A program made the translations under genes and the position numbers. DNA of 63,202 nucleotides, the filler included, from Octopus bimaculoides (taxonomy: Eukaryota), in NCBI RefSeq assembly GCF_001194135.2. It is 4 parts of 4 records of this genome, joined end to end, with 100 filler letters (N's around TTAATTAATTAA, not from the genome) between each part and the next. Parts side by side here need not be neighbours in the genome. Positions count along the whole stretch, not along the records: positions 16,609 to 36,664 come from NC_068997.1; positions 36,765 to 62,074 come from NC_069005.1; 2 more parts are not named here. One strand, 5' to 3'. Below, piece by piece: positions 25,971 through 41,492 of the stretch. The notes beneath the pieces are model-generated. The model did no database searches. It was not told the origin of the DNA and saw only the letters and a program-made list of their open reading frames with translations. Positions within the stretch are counted from its first letter, which is position 1. The number at the start of each line of letters is the position of its first letter.

Positions 25971-27261
25971 GCTAATGATTCTGCTACCTTGCCACCTTAC
26001 CTTATTTTGATATTAGTTTCAAATTTTGGTACAAAGTCAGTAATTTTAATTCACTTACCTTCTTCCCCAAATCTGCTAGCCTTGTGCCAAAATTTGAAAC
26101 CAATATTAAAATAAGGCTTTAGATAAAGATTGCTCTTACATTTTGAAATGGTTTATTATCAAATAAATTTGGTTAATGCGTTAAGAAATCGGGTGCTAAT
26201 AATTTAAATGTGTAACAGCTATGTAATGAATGTTGACTGTCTTCATTAATAAAGAAAATATTTTCAACTATGTTGAAATAACATGAGTAGGAAAACGGCC
26301 ATTTTCAACTGATATTTGGTCTTTTACTGGTAGAGCTTCACTATCATCAACCTCATCACACCAACATTTGATATAATTTTTTATACAATAACTAGAAGTC
26401 ATTGTATTGAGTGTATTAAACACATGAAGTTGGAAACATCGAAATTATGTTGAGAAATACAACCTGAAATAAACAAAAAAAAAATCATATAAACAGTTTT
26501 GGAGATAAACAAAATTAAAAAATCAACATCATTGTCATCATCATCATTAGCATCATCATCTTTGTCATGCTCATCGATTATCGATTTTTCAACTGCACTC
26601 TACACAGTAATCCATGGGATTACAATAAGCAGGGATTAGAAGGCCAGAAATTGGGGTTGGTGAAGCTATAGAAATTCTCCAACAACAACTTCTGACTCTT
26701 TCAGGATGTATAGCAAGGAGCTGAATCCTGCTGCCACTTATATGGTCTCTCAGCAGTAATCCTTTCCAACCAGGGATTGACTACAATGTCCAGCAGCTTC
26801 ACATAACCATCTGAATAGAGCCTATTGCTTTGTTCAAAGATGCAGGGTGGCATGACATCACCCTCACTGGAGACACATGCCTGCTGTGTCCCTTCCTGCT
26901 GGCCACAGCTTTCCTAGTCTCCATTGCAGCTGTCCATGTCATGTCTTTCAGCTTTTACAGTGTTCACAGAGCAACGAGTAGCAGCCATGATGTTGGCATT
27001 TTAATACGCAGCACAAAGCATCAGGATGAAGGTAACTTTTTTCCAACATTCAGATGACTTCCAATCTTTCATGTCAGTTAACTCTTTTTTCAATTACAAC
27101 TTTATGTGCTTCAATGCCATTGATTGTTCACTAATGCATCAAGCCAAGCTGTTTCTGAAAAAAGGAGACATAAAAAAAGGGAGACATCAAATTTATCCCA
27201 AACTAGTGGAAATTTAGTGTACTGTCCTCTATGTAAAATATATAAAATAATAAATAAATGC

Positions 27262-27510
27262 GCCCTTTTTTAAAGCCTAGCCAGGCTCATGGGCCCGGTG
27301 TCCCGGTTTCTGTGGCGTATGTGTTCCCCAGCTGGACGGGATGCCAGTCCATCGTAGCGTTACTCATTTTTTCCAGCTGAGTGGACTGGAGCAATGTGAA
27401 ATGAAGTGTTTTGCTAAAGAACACAACGCGACGCCCGGTCTAGGAATCGAAACCACAATCTTACGATCATGATGCTGACACCCTAACCACTAAGCCATGC
27501 ACCTCCACAT
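27262..27510 (-). mobile_element. tRNA-derived SINE (second family)
   Basis: Minus strand has A-box TGGCTTAGTGG and B-box GTTTCGATTCC, followed by a non-tRNA body ('gtgttctttagcaaaacactt...'). Confidence 0.8.
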
Positions 27511-27571
27511 GTAAAATATATACTGTACAATAATGAAGCAAATGAAAGGTACAGTTGATGAAAATACAAAC

Positions 27572-27762
27572 CTAACAGGGGCTTTTTTTGAAGTTACTCA
27601 TTTTAAATGTACCCTGTTCTTTTAGTTTTTTCCCGTCTTCATTAACACAAAAACAAATTGAACCAACACATTGAACCTTCTCAAAGCTGCCATTTCTGGT
27701 GCAATTGAACGTTTTGTCATTTAATTTTAATACACGATATTTAGCCTTTTTTGCAGCACACT
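27572..27762 (-). CDS. IGFBP-like secreted protein, last exon: thyroglobulin type-1 domain
   Basis: Acceptor ctttacag|AG (phase 1). Reads (E)CAAKKAKYRVLKLNDKTFNCTRNGSFEKVQCVGSICFCVNEDGKKLKEQGTFKMSNFKKSPC*. It has six Cys and the Tg-1 signature C-x3-G-x-F-x3-QC...CxCV-x3-G. Not in the ORF track. Confidence 0.88.
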
Positions 27763-29020
27763 CTGTAAAGTGGAGAAACAGAATATTGTTAAGTAGTATA
27801 AATGTACAAATTTAAAATCTAAAATACAATCTGTTTCTCTTACACAGACATGTTAAAGCTTTCAAAAACAGAACTGCTCCCTTTTCAGCAGAGACCCTAC
27901 ATTTTACCAAATCTATTTAAAATGTCTGAGAAAATACTTTGCAGTATTTCTTCCAACTGTTTATATTTTAAGTTCAAATCCTATCCTGGTCACCTTTGCC
28001 TTTCATCCTTTCCGGCTCCATAAAACAAAGTACCAGGGGTAAATGTTATTAACTAATTCTTTCCTCAAGATTGCTGGCCTTGTGTCTAAATAGGAAACCA
28101 TTGTCTCTTCAATGCATTTGAAACAGTTAACTCATCAAGCAATTAGTATTTATTGAAGGAAATAGTTCATAAACAGAGTTACATGTTTTTTGCTTTAACC
28201 CTTTGGCATTCGGATTGTTTTATTGAATGTAATGCTTATTTATACAGTCAACCATTGCTATAAAGAGATATAGACCAACAACTCTCTGAACTGCTAAACA
28301 GCAACAACAAATATCTTTATAGACCCCCAACCATTGTACCTAACATGTTCAGAAGATCTTACTTTAGTTAAGACTTCCAGCAGGTCCTGCTCAATATCTA
28401 ACAACCTCATTTTAACTTTACAACATACAAAAACTGAAGATCTTCAAAATATCTAAATAGACATATACAGGCATATTTCCAGATAAATTTTGCAGTGAAC
28501 TTTAAGCAGACAACATTTCTACTTTAACCCTTTAAAGCAAAGGTTTTCACCCATTTTTTTATCTATGGACCCCTTTGATTACAATTTTATTCTGGTGGAC
28601 CCCAATAGCCATTCAATGCTTAAAATCTAGTTTTATAGAAACTCCTTTCATAATTCCGATTTTGTTTTTCACATATTAACTTGTGTAGGTTGAACTATGC
28701 AAAATGTTAGAGGAAGAAACCTAGCCCTTTCTTGCAATACATACACCTAAAGCAAATTTTTTTCAGGGACCTTTAAAATACTTTAGTTGATCTTCAATTT
28801 ATTATTTTGCTGCGTGGACCCCCCAAAATCTCATATGGACCCAGGTTGAGAACCACCACTTTGAAGTTTTGATTCTTATCTAAGTCCATCAGTTGTGCTT
28901 CATAGGAACAGTGGGTAAAGCAAGACTGACCTTATAAACAATTTCAGCTTAAGAGAAAACTGGGATGGAGCAGGTGGTGGAAGGAAGAACAAGAAGAAGA
29001 AGAAAAACAAGATTACTTAC

Positions 29021-29100
29021 TGCAAGAATTGGGAGTAACTTGAGACGAACGTAGATATTCATACTCTTTAAGTATTTTTCCATTGAAGCTGCATTGGCAT
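29021..29100 (-). CDS. Candidate optional linker exon of the IGFBP-like gene
   Basis: (TTTC)n-TAG acceptor and GCA|GTAAGT donor. The 80 nt are open in the required frame: (D)ANAASMEKYLKSMNIYVRLKLLPILA. It ends in phase 0, so it would need the distal AG (27760) of the last exon. Confidence 0.35.
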
Positions 29101-29184
29101 CTAGAAAGAAAGAAAGAAAGAAGTGATGAGCACCTCCTCCTTTGGATAATTAGATGAAATATTTGCCTCAAAATTTTTTTATAG

Positions 29185-29480
29185 GTGCAAGCATGACTGT
29201 GTGGTAAAAAGTTTGCTTCTCAGCCAAATGGTTCTGAGTTCAGTCCCCCTGTGTAGCACCTTGGACAGATGTCGTCCACTGTAGCTCAGGTTAACCAAAG
29301 CCTTTTGAGTAGATTTGGTAGATAGAAACTGAAAAAAACTCTGTGCGTGTGTATGTATTCTTTTTTTATTCTTTTACATGTTTCAGTCATTTAATTGTGG
29401 CCATGCTGGAGCACTGCCTTTTTAGTCAAAGAAATCACTCTCAGGACTTATTCTTTGTAAGCCTAGTACTTATTCTATTA
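29185..29480. mobile_element. SINE fragments (5' half on +, 3' half on -) in IGFBP-like intron; further fragments at 30180-30430, 31232-31370 and 32440-32780
   Basis: Similarity to the 15715 SINE and to the shared 3' body 'tcagtcatttgactgcggccatgctggagcac...gtaagcctagtacttattct'. Confidence 0.7.
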
Positions 29481-31750
29481 TTATTATTATTATTATTATT
29501 ATCATTATTAGCACTTCAGACAAAATGCTTTGTGACATTTCTTCCAGCTCTCCATGTTCTGAGTGCAAATTCTGTTGAGGACAATCCTTTTGAGATTGAT
29601 AAAATAATTACTAGATGAGAATGGGGGGGGGGGGCGCAATGTAATCAACTTGCCCATCCTTTGAAATTGCTGGGGCCAGGAACCAAAATTTGAAACAATA
29701 GATTGTGTTGCTAGGTCTGGAGGTAAGAACAAATATCATAACCTTCACAGACTTTATGAGAACAGACTGATTGATACTGTTTATGTTCAAGTCAATGATA
29801 TAGGGAAAGACCTGAACAGGGACGGAATTTCAGAGGGTTTAATATTCTAATGAAGACAGTCTGAATGTTGTGGTTAGTAAGGAGCCAGGGAGCAGGGCCA
29901 CCTTAGCAGCATTATAGCCCCACAACTCCACCCCTGGATAAAATCATTGTACTGAGCCCTATAGTACTTATATTTTTGATAGTAAGCCACAGCAGACATA
30001 GAGTACAGCTTGGCCTCTAGATATGTACACTGCCCGATGTACTAATGCCTTAAGACAACACTGCCTGGGGGTAGCATAGACAAAAACATAGATAACAGAA
30101 GAAGAAATAAGTGGAGGAAAACCGAGAAAGTAGTAGTAGTGATGGAAAAGACAGAGAGGGGACACACCACACATGTATGTATGTATGCATGCATGTGTAG
30201 ATTTGTACATGTCTTTGTGTTTGTTCCCACCATCACTTGATTGGCTGTGTTGGTTTGACTATTCCCTCGTAACTTAGCAGCTCGGTAAAAAAGATCGATA
30301 TAAGTGCCAGACTTATTAAAAAGACAAATACTGGGGTCAACTTGTTAAAAAAAAACATTAAAGCCTTCATGTCAGTGCAACAACATGGCTGCAGTCGAGT
30401 TCAACGAACTGAAACAAGTAAAAGATACATGTGTTTATTTAATGTTACTTACACACGGCCTTGGCATGCAATGTTTTTTAACTGCTTGAGGTAAGAGTGA
30501 TCTGAAAATAAAAATGAATAAATTAATAATAAAATAGTCAAAAGGTGGTAAAATAATAGTAAAACAGGTTACCCTTAACAGAGTAGACATGCATGGAGTT
30601 GGTTGAAATATTAGGGGCAATTCATGGACCCAACACTTGCGATCTACCTAGCACCTGAGTATATTGCATTGTTTGTCATGTGTGGTATATTTATGATGGT
30701 GATGTTGATGATATATATACAGTGCTGGTGCCATGTAAAAAGCACCCAGCACACTCTGTGAAGTGGCTGGCATTAGGAAGGGCACCAAGCCATAGAAACC
30801 ATACAAAAGCAGGCATTGGAGCCTGGCATAGTCCTCTGGCTTGCCAGCCCCTATCAAACCATCCAACTCATGTCATTATGGAAAAAATGGATATTAAATG
30901 ATGATGATAATGTGTGTGAGTGTGTGTGTGTAAATACACACACACACATACACTCATCCATCTATGTATGAAATGCAATGTAAATATATTGTGAAAGGTA
31001 AATTTACTGCAGTATTCATCTGGAAATAAAATCTCTTATGGATGTGCTGAGTTTATATATATATATATATCAGAGGCAATCAAAAATCTCGCCCACAGCA
31101 ACAAGCAAGAACACTAGATGAATTTCTGCCTCACTATGCTTTGTCAATAATGTGTACTCATTGGTCAACTACATGCTTAAACCAAATTTGTGGACACTGA
31201 TACATAGACAATCTATCTGTGTATCTATATATCTTTTATCTTTTACTTGTTTCAGTCATTGTACTGCAGCCTTTCTGGGGCACTGTCTTGAAGGGTTTTG
31301 TTGTATGAATCAATCCCTGTACTAAATCTATCATTCTCTTATGTTGAACTGCTAAGTTATCTAATTTTTCCTATTCAAATTTGCTTTCACATTTGTCTAT
31401 GTTCTCGTTTTGAATTTCTAAACTCTTGCAAGCTACAATTTCAATATATATATCTTGTAATTTCAAAATGGTGACCAAGGAATTGAAGTAAATTATACAA
31501 TATCAAACGGATGGCAGAACTGGCAGAGCACTAGGCAAAACTCAGTGTTGTCTAGTGGTTACATTCCTTTACATTTTGAATTCAAGTACTACTCACGTGC
31601 ACATTACCATACATCCTTCTGAAATTAATAGAATAAGTAGATGTTGATGAAATAATTACAGGGGTTGATCTAATCAAGGAAATTCTCCCACACGGTCGCA
31701 GTCCAATGATTGAAACCAACTATGAAGAGAGTCAAGTCTCCAAAACATAC

Positions 31751-31855
31751 CACTTGTACATGTTTTGCTATATGGATTACACACAAGTCCTGGAGCACAT
31801 TCTGCGGGTGATTGCAAAACCATGTTGAATGAAGAGCTACAAACAGCATTTTTCT
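31751..31855 (-). CDS. IGFBP-like secreted protein, exon 2 (second half of IB domain; phase 1 to 1)
   Basis: Acceptor ttccag| and donor G|GTATGT. The 105 nt read (K)KNAVCSSSFNMVLQSPAECAPGLVCNPYSKTCTS, supplying the 'C...CxxGLxC...C' half of the IB domain. The ORF track shows only a wrong frame here. Confidence 0.88.
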
Positions 31856-32858
31856 CTGGAATGAATATATCAAAACTTACATCAGTACAAGAAATTAAAC
31901 CATTTCATCTACTTACAAGGTTCCAAAAGGAAAAAATTTTTGGTTTTTTGTGAAGAGAAATAACTGACAGAGAAATATGAGAAATCTATCTTTATCATTG
32001 TTTTTGTTCTGTGTATCTTATATTAATTTGAGGGGTATCTGAGGGCACTTAATTACACTGTATAACAAAATTTTCTTTGGTCAGTAAGTGTTATTTACCA
32101 TTTGCTTCTATCGAGAAATTAAAGGAAATGACAGTATACCTTTCAATCTTTGCTTTTGCGACTTGGACATAACTTTTTTGAAACAAAGGTTCTTCCAAAT
32201 TCTGGTTACAAAACTAAGCAAGTATTGAGTAAATGGTTATTTCAAAATAACCATTTAGATTGACACTCATCATATTTCATGTTTCAAGTCATCTTATTTA
32301 ATCTGACTTCCGTTTCCATCATCAGCATAGCAACTTAAGTTCCATCTAAGGTATGACTGTAAACTCCAAACTTGACTAGAGTGAAGCTAACCATAAACTC
32401 AATTGTTATCTGGAGTACATGTATTATAAGTTTCACAGAAATATCTTTTATATTTTGTTTGCTTCAGTCATTTGACTGCAGCCACGCTGGAGTGGAAGAA
32501 ATCGATCCCAACACTTATTTATTTATTATTATTATTATTATTAAGCCTAGTACTTATTCTATTAGTCTCTTTTTGCTGAAACACTAAGTTATTGGGAAGT
32601 AAACACACCAACACCAGTTGTCAAGCAGTGGTAAAGGGAACAAACACACACACATGCGCATGCAAATCCAGTCACAAAGCTGAAGCTATAGTAGAAAACG
32701 CTTTCCCAAGATGCCACACAGTGAAACTGAACCTGGAACCATTTGGTTGGGAAGCAAGCTTCTTACCACACAGCCATACCTGTATTCCTATTTTGCACTG
32801 TTTGTTGAAATACATGTACAAACTCTAGTAATTACTTGGAGCATATGTACAAAGTGAA

Positions 32859-33030
32859 GGCACGTAGCTCAGTGGTTAGAGCATCAGGCTCACAATCATG
32901 AGGTAGTGAGTTCGATTACCAGACCAGGCTGTGTGTTGTTGCATGGGCAACAACTTTGCCTGGACTTGAGGGGAACTTTCTAGGTGTAATCCAATGGTCA
33001 TTCATGACCAAAGGCAGTTTTTACCCTTTA
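32859..33030 (+). mobile_element. tRNA-derived SINE head (A and B boxes)
   Basis: GG CACG TAGCTCAGTGGTTAGAGC ... GAGTTCGATTACC continues into the SINE-type body 'ggctgtgtgttgtt', and the acceptor stem does not pair. Confidence 0.75.
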
Positions 33031-33311
33031 TGTAGAAATTCCAGTGTAAAAGTCAATATACGATGCAATTTAACCCTGTAGTATTTAGACTAGCCATATC
33101 CAGCCAAAATAATCTACTTATTTTATAGTCAAACAGCTCAGATCTAAACCCATACACCTATACCACAATGTCATACTAAAAATAAACAATCACATCATCA
33201 AAATCTCAATGCTACAAATTAATTCATGATTAATTCCAAACAATGTGACTAAATAAGCATTACATTTAATAGAGTAATCCGAATCATAATGGGTTAATTA
33301 GTAATACTTAC

Positions 33312-33498
33312 TCAAAAGTTGAACACAAATTTTACAGCAACCACATTGTATTGTTCTTAAGCAGCTTCCCACTGGAGGACACTCAGAACACTCGACCTCA
33401 ATGTCACAGTTATAGGAAAAACCAACAGCGAATATCACAGTAGTAGGCAGAATGAGAACTAGAGCAGCAAAGACTGTGGTAAATAGTATTTTCTTCAT
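33312..33498 (-). CDS. IGFBP-like secreted protein, first coding exon (signal peptide + first half of IB domain)
   Basis: ATG at 33498, with an alternative in-frame ATG at 33528 and an upstream acceptor at 33538/33537. Reads MKKILFTTVFAALVLILPTTVIFAVGFSYNCDIEVECSECPPVGSCLRTIQCGCCKICVQLL, donor A|GTAAGT. It has a hydrophobic leader and a CGCCxxC motif. The three-exon product is 160 aa. Confidence 0.9.
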
Positions 33499-33639
33499 GT
33501 TAATGCAACTGTCTTCACGCTGAAACATAACCAATGTCTGCAAATAAAGAAGAAAAAAAACAAAAAACAAAAACAAATGTCCTCACCTGTTTCAAAAGAA
33601 GGTAATATTTCCCCTGTGGCCAGACATAATCATAAGATA

Positions 33640-34860
33640 TAAGAATGGAGTTAGGGCTAGATAAATGCTAGTCAACTGAGGAAAGCCTGTCGACCATGCA
33701 GAGAACATGTACATCAGCAGCTTGTTTATCTCCCCTATCTCCACTACAAGTACCTCGAAATTGATGGGAATGTTGTATATATTAGTGCTGTGACTAGGCC
33801 AGAATAACAAAAGTAGACTCTGGAAAATATGAAACTCAGAGCTGTCTGCATTTAACAAGGCCTTAGCAGTACCAGTACTAATTACCAACATTTGGGATAG
33901 TAGACTGGACACTAGATAAGATACATAGCCTGGACATCAAAACCAGAGAAGTACTGCCCACTCGTGGTAACTTCCACATTAACAGTGACACCAATAGGAT
34001 TTATGTGAGATAAAGTGATGGCAGTAGAGGTACAAGGTTATCCAAACAGCCTTTAAACACCGCATTGTGTCACTCAGATAACACCTGTTGAACAGTAGAG
34101 AAAGAATTGAGTACATTCCAGGCATGCTCAAAAGTGAGAGCAGCAACCATCTTCAGAGTTGAAGAACCACTGTGCAGGTACTCTGAGAATACATGCAACC
34201 CAAAGGAGACTGAGCTGGCCTACCTAAACAGAAGCTTAGAAGAGAAGTAGGCATCACACCAGCAAAAAGCAATGCATGGGTACACATCCTGTAAGCTAGA
34301 GGGCAACAACGGTGTTGACAAGAAGAGTAGCCTCTCCTGGACCTGCAACAGATACATTACATCTCACCTCAAAGGATATACCTTTGCTAGCCAGGAACAG
34401 GAGATAGTTACTAAATACCTGATAAACAAGAGGGATAAAGATGTTGCCAAACCTCCATGTTGTGATAAAAAATGTTGGCTCTGCTATACCAAAGTGGAAG
34501 ATATCAGTCACATCATCAGCAGCTGTCGCAAAATGTTTATAAAATATAGCTACCCCTGAGGAATAATACAGTTACAAAGAACATTTACAATGCTATCCAC
34601 AGGAAAGACTGCCCCAACATATTCATCAAAGGCATGTCAGAACCAGCGGGTATTCACACCTTCAAAAACAAAGAATACTAGTGGAACCCCCCCCCAAAAA
34701 AAAACATCAATTCAGTGCAAACATAACAAACCTGATATTGTTCAGTGTCAGGGAACAAAAGTCATGCACTATTGCAGAGGTCAGCTACCCAGTAGATCTG
34801 AATGTTCAATCAAAAGTCCAGATAAAGGAGAACATTTATAGTGAATTAATACAGAACTCT
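33640..34860 (+). mobile_element. R4/Dong-like (restriction-like endonuclease clade) non-LTR retrotransposon, 3' part, degraded
   Basis: Contains 'NKALAVPVL..FGIVDW...LDIKTR...NFHINSD..RIY', the CCHC knuckle 'CWLCYTKVEDISHIISSC' and the PD-(D/E)xK region 'KHNKPDIV...IAEVSYP...K..IY'. Many stops and frameshifts. Confidence 0.8.
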
Positions 34861-35994
34861 CTCTCTCTCTCTCTCTTTCTCACACACACACACGCACGCG
34901 CGCACACACACACGCACGCGCGCACGCACACACGCACGCGCGCACACACACACACACATACATACATGCATACATACATACAAACATACATATACTCATT
35001 TAGTGTTGACTGTTGTTAAAAAAGTACTTGATATTATAGTAGAGATTCGTAATATTTATATTTTATTTTGGTCGAGTCAGTTGGCCTGTCGGTGCACAAG
35101 GTCTTCAGACAGATTATTACAGGTGAAACTCAGAGTAGTTAGAGACTCACTCGGACATAAATAAAAATAACTTATCTCTACAGTGGTATCGGGTACTCTT
35201 TGAGAGAGAGAGAGAGAGAGAGAGGGGGGAGAGAGAGACAGAGACAGATAGACAGACAGATACAGGCAGACAGCGACAGACAGATGGACAGACTTGGCAG
35301 GCAGACAGACAAATCAATCGACTGATCGATAAATAGATAGACAGATAAACAGAGCCATCGATCGACAGACAGATCGAGCGAGCGAGCGATAGTCAAACAG
35401 ACAGACTGACAGATCGATCGATCGATAGACAGACAGCTTGCAGATAGATTGGGAGATCGATCGATAGACAGACAGACATATATATAAATAGACAGATAGA
35501 TGAACCGTAAATATCTTTGCAAAATTAACAAATAGATAAATAGAAGGTTTATTATTTGATTTAAATTTACATAAAATTCGCTTCTTTAAAAGGCGAATCA
35601 TAGTTTGCAAAACGCTCGTCTTTTCATAATAAAACTGCTTATTTTATTTCGATTTTCTCTGTTATTTTGTAAAAATTTAACATTATCAGTTTCCTATTAC
35701 TTAAGAGTTTATGCTCCAAGACTGAATTAAACAGTAATAAATGAACTTTTAAAATTTATGCTTGAAAAGCAGTTAGAAAGAAACATCTGGCAGTTAATAT
35801 GTATATTTATTATAAGTTTTCAGAGCTATAAACGGACATTATTTAGCATATATATATCTTAAAAGACGAATTTTCAAGAAAGATATTTAGAAATTATCTT
35901 AAAATATATCAAAAAGAAGAACGAAAGCAAGAAAGAAAATGCTGCTTACGACGAAATAATCCTTGTTTGTATACAAAAACATTTGCACGTGCCA

Positions 35995-36205
35995 AAGAGA
36001 TAGCCTCTACGTGGTCACTCAACCTCTAGAAATAGCGGCCAAATCCTCTCAAAACACGTCCTGCTGTTTTAGAAAAGGACCAGTTGGATAATATGATGAT
36101 AATATGTTCCAGAGTTACCTACATATGAGAGAAAGAACGGGGGTGGTCACGTTTGCAGTGCTTTTGATTATAGGCCTGCTTGATGAAGGCTGACCTGGGG
36201 TTAAA
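35995..36205 (+). repeat. Dispersed repeat family 'ctagaaatagc.gccaaat...ctgacc.ggggttaaa'; copies at about 58140-58340 and 58600-58810
   Basis: Recognisable shared motifs among the three copies. Class uncertain; probably SINE-like. Confidence 0.55.
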
Positions 36206-36271
36206 GAACGACATTAATATCATCTTCAAAGATAACTCTCAACGCGATGGCTTCCCCACTTTCAATTTTAC

Positions 36272-36660
36272 CGGCAGAATCGGTAGCACGCCGGGCGAAA
36301 TGCTTGGTGGTATTTCGTCTGCTGTTATGTTCTGAGTTCAAATTCCGCCGAGGTCGGCTTTGCCTTTCATCCTTTCGGGGTCGATAAATTAAGTACCAGT
36401 TATGCACTGAGATTCGATGTAATCGACATAGTCCGTTTGTCTGTCCTTGTTTGTCCCCTCTATGTTTAGCCCCTTGTGGGCAATAAAGAAATAAGAAACG
36501 TTAGCATGCCGGGTGACATGCTTAGCGGTACTTCGTCTGACAATACGTTCTGAGTTCAAATTCCGCTGAGGTCTACTTTGCTTTTCATCCTCGACAGGTC
36601 CCCTCGCCCCACCCCACCCCCCAAAAAAATTTCGGGCCTTGTGCCTAGAGTAGAAAAGAT
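36272..36660 (+). mobile_element. Two tandem tRNA-derived SINE copies (third family); minus-strand copies at 43281-43580 (x2), 57360-57520 and 59000-59180
   Basis: Head 'ggcagaatcggtagcacgccgggcgaaatgctt...gagttcaaattccgccgaggtcg.ctttgcctttcatcctttcggggtcgataaa' and its reverse complements. Confidence 0.85.
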
Positions 36661-36764
36661 TATTNNNNNNNNNNNNNNNNNNNNNNNNNNNNNNNNNNNN
36701 NNNNNNNNTTAATTAATTAANNNNNNNNNNNNNNNNNNNNNNNNNNNNNNNNNNNNNNNNNNNN

Positions 36765-40810
<4,046 letters not shown>

Positions 40811-41157
40811 ATTGATTGATTGACGAGATGTTAATTGAGGGGTAAATCAATGAGAGATTAATAACGTGAGTATTATTAGATTAGTGTGACTAAATATTCC
40901 ATAGGTTCGAGTACCACATCGTAGTACTCAGGCAGAATGAACGCGTCACTGTGCGTAACAAGCTCTGACCTTTGAATTACAGGTACATTCTTTACAACGG
41001 GCTTCCATTCAGTTTCCATCTCCATTTATTCAAGATGCAAGTTAGCGGGATAAAGACCGGCGTCACGTGATTATAATTCATTTTTCTAAATCTATGTGTA
41101 CCGTATATCATATATATATATATAATCAAAATAAGCAACAAGGATATCCAGAGGTAA

Positions 41158-41244
41158 TGCAGTACGATCGTTTCATGCAACTCCATTTAATTGAACAATG
41201 TAATCATTACATCAATTTAAAATGTAGAGCAATCCTCAGCTGCA
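41158..41244 (-). ncRNA. Type I hammerhead ribozyme (left member of an inverted pair)
   Basis: Minus strand: TGCAG-CTGAGGA-TTGC...GCAT-GAAA-CGATCG-TA-CTGCA. Stem I is a perfect 5 bp, the CUGAGGA and GAAA core is intact, stem III is the palindrome ACGATCGT, and the triplet is GUA (cleavage between 41163 and 41162). Stem II is weak (U.U then UGC/GCA). Confidence 0.7.
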
Positions 41245-41405
41245 CAAAAACATAGAATTGCCTCTACTACAACATAGAAGTTAAACTTCTATGTTGTAGT
41301 AGAAGCAACATGTTCTTTGTCTATCTCCTTAACTTCTTGGAGATTTTAGGTATAATTATACTAATGTGTCCATCTGTTCTAATTTAATTAAATTCTATGT
41401 CTTTG

Positions 41406-41492
41406 TGCACCTGATGTTTGCTCTACGTTTTAAATTGATGTAATGATTGCATTGTTCATTTAAATGGAGTTGCATGAAACGATCGTACTGCA
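41406..41492 (+). ncRNA. Type I hammerhead ribozyme, mutated copy (right member of the inverted pair)
   Basis: TGCAC-CTGATGT-TTGC...GCAT-GAAA-CGATCG-TA-CTGCA. Same family as the 41158 copy, with an A9>U core change and a C.C mismatch in stem I. Confidence 0.6.

Noticed and set aside
29960-30075. Minus-strand 'KALVHRAVYIS' resembling a Penelope RT C-terminal motif
   Set aside because: A single short motif; not enough to call.
32859-32930. tRNA-Val(CAC)-like sequence
   Set aside because: The acceptor and anticodon stems do not pair properly and it continues into a repeat body; it is a SINE head, not a tRNA gene.
33538-33586. Possible intron CAG|GTGAGG...TTGCAG just upstream of the IGFBP-like start
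   Set aside because: At 49 nt it is probably too short to be spliced, and there is no supporting evidence.
35060-35145. Hammerhead-like GCCTGT/ACAGGT-GAAA-CTCAGAG-TA; similar partial hits at about 32296-32330 (-), 45270-45310 (-) and 52307-52368 (+)
   Set aside because: Each lacks an essential part (core only 4-5/7, no stem II, or no GAAA) and cannot be distinguished from chance by eye.
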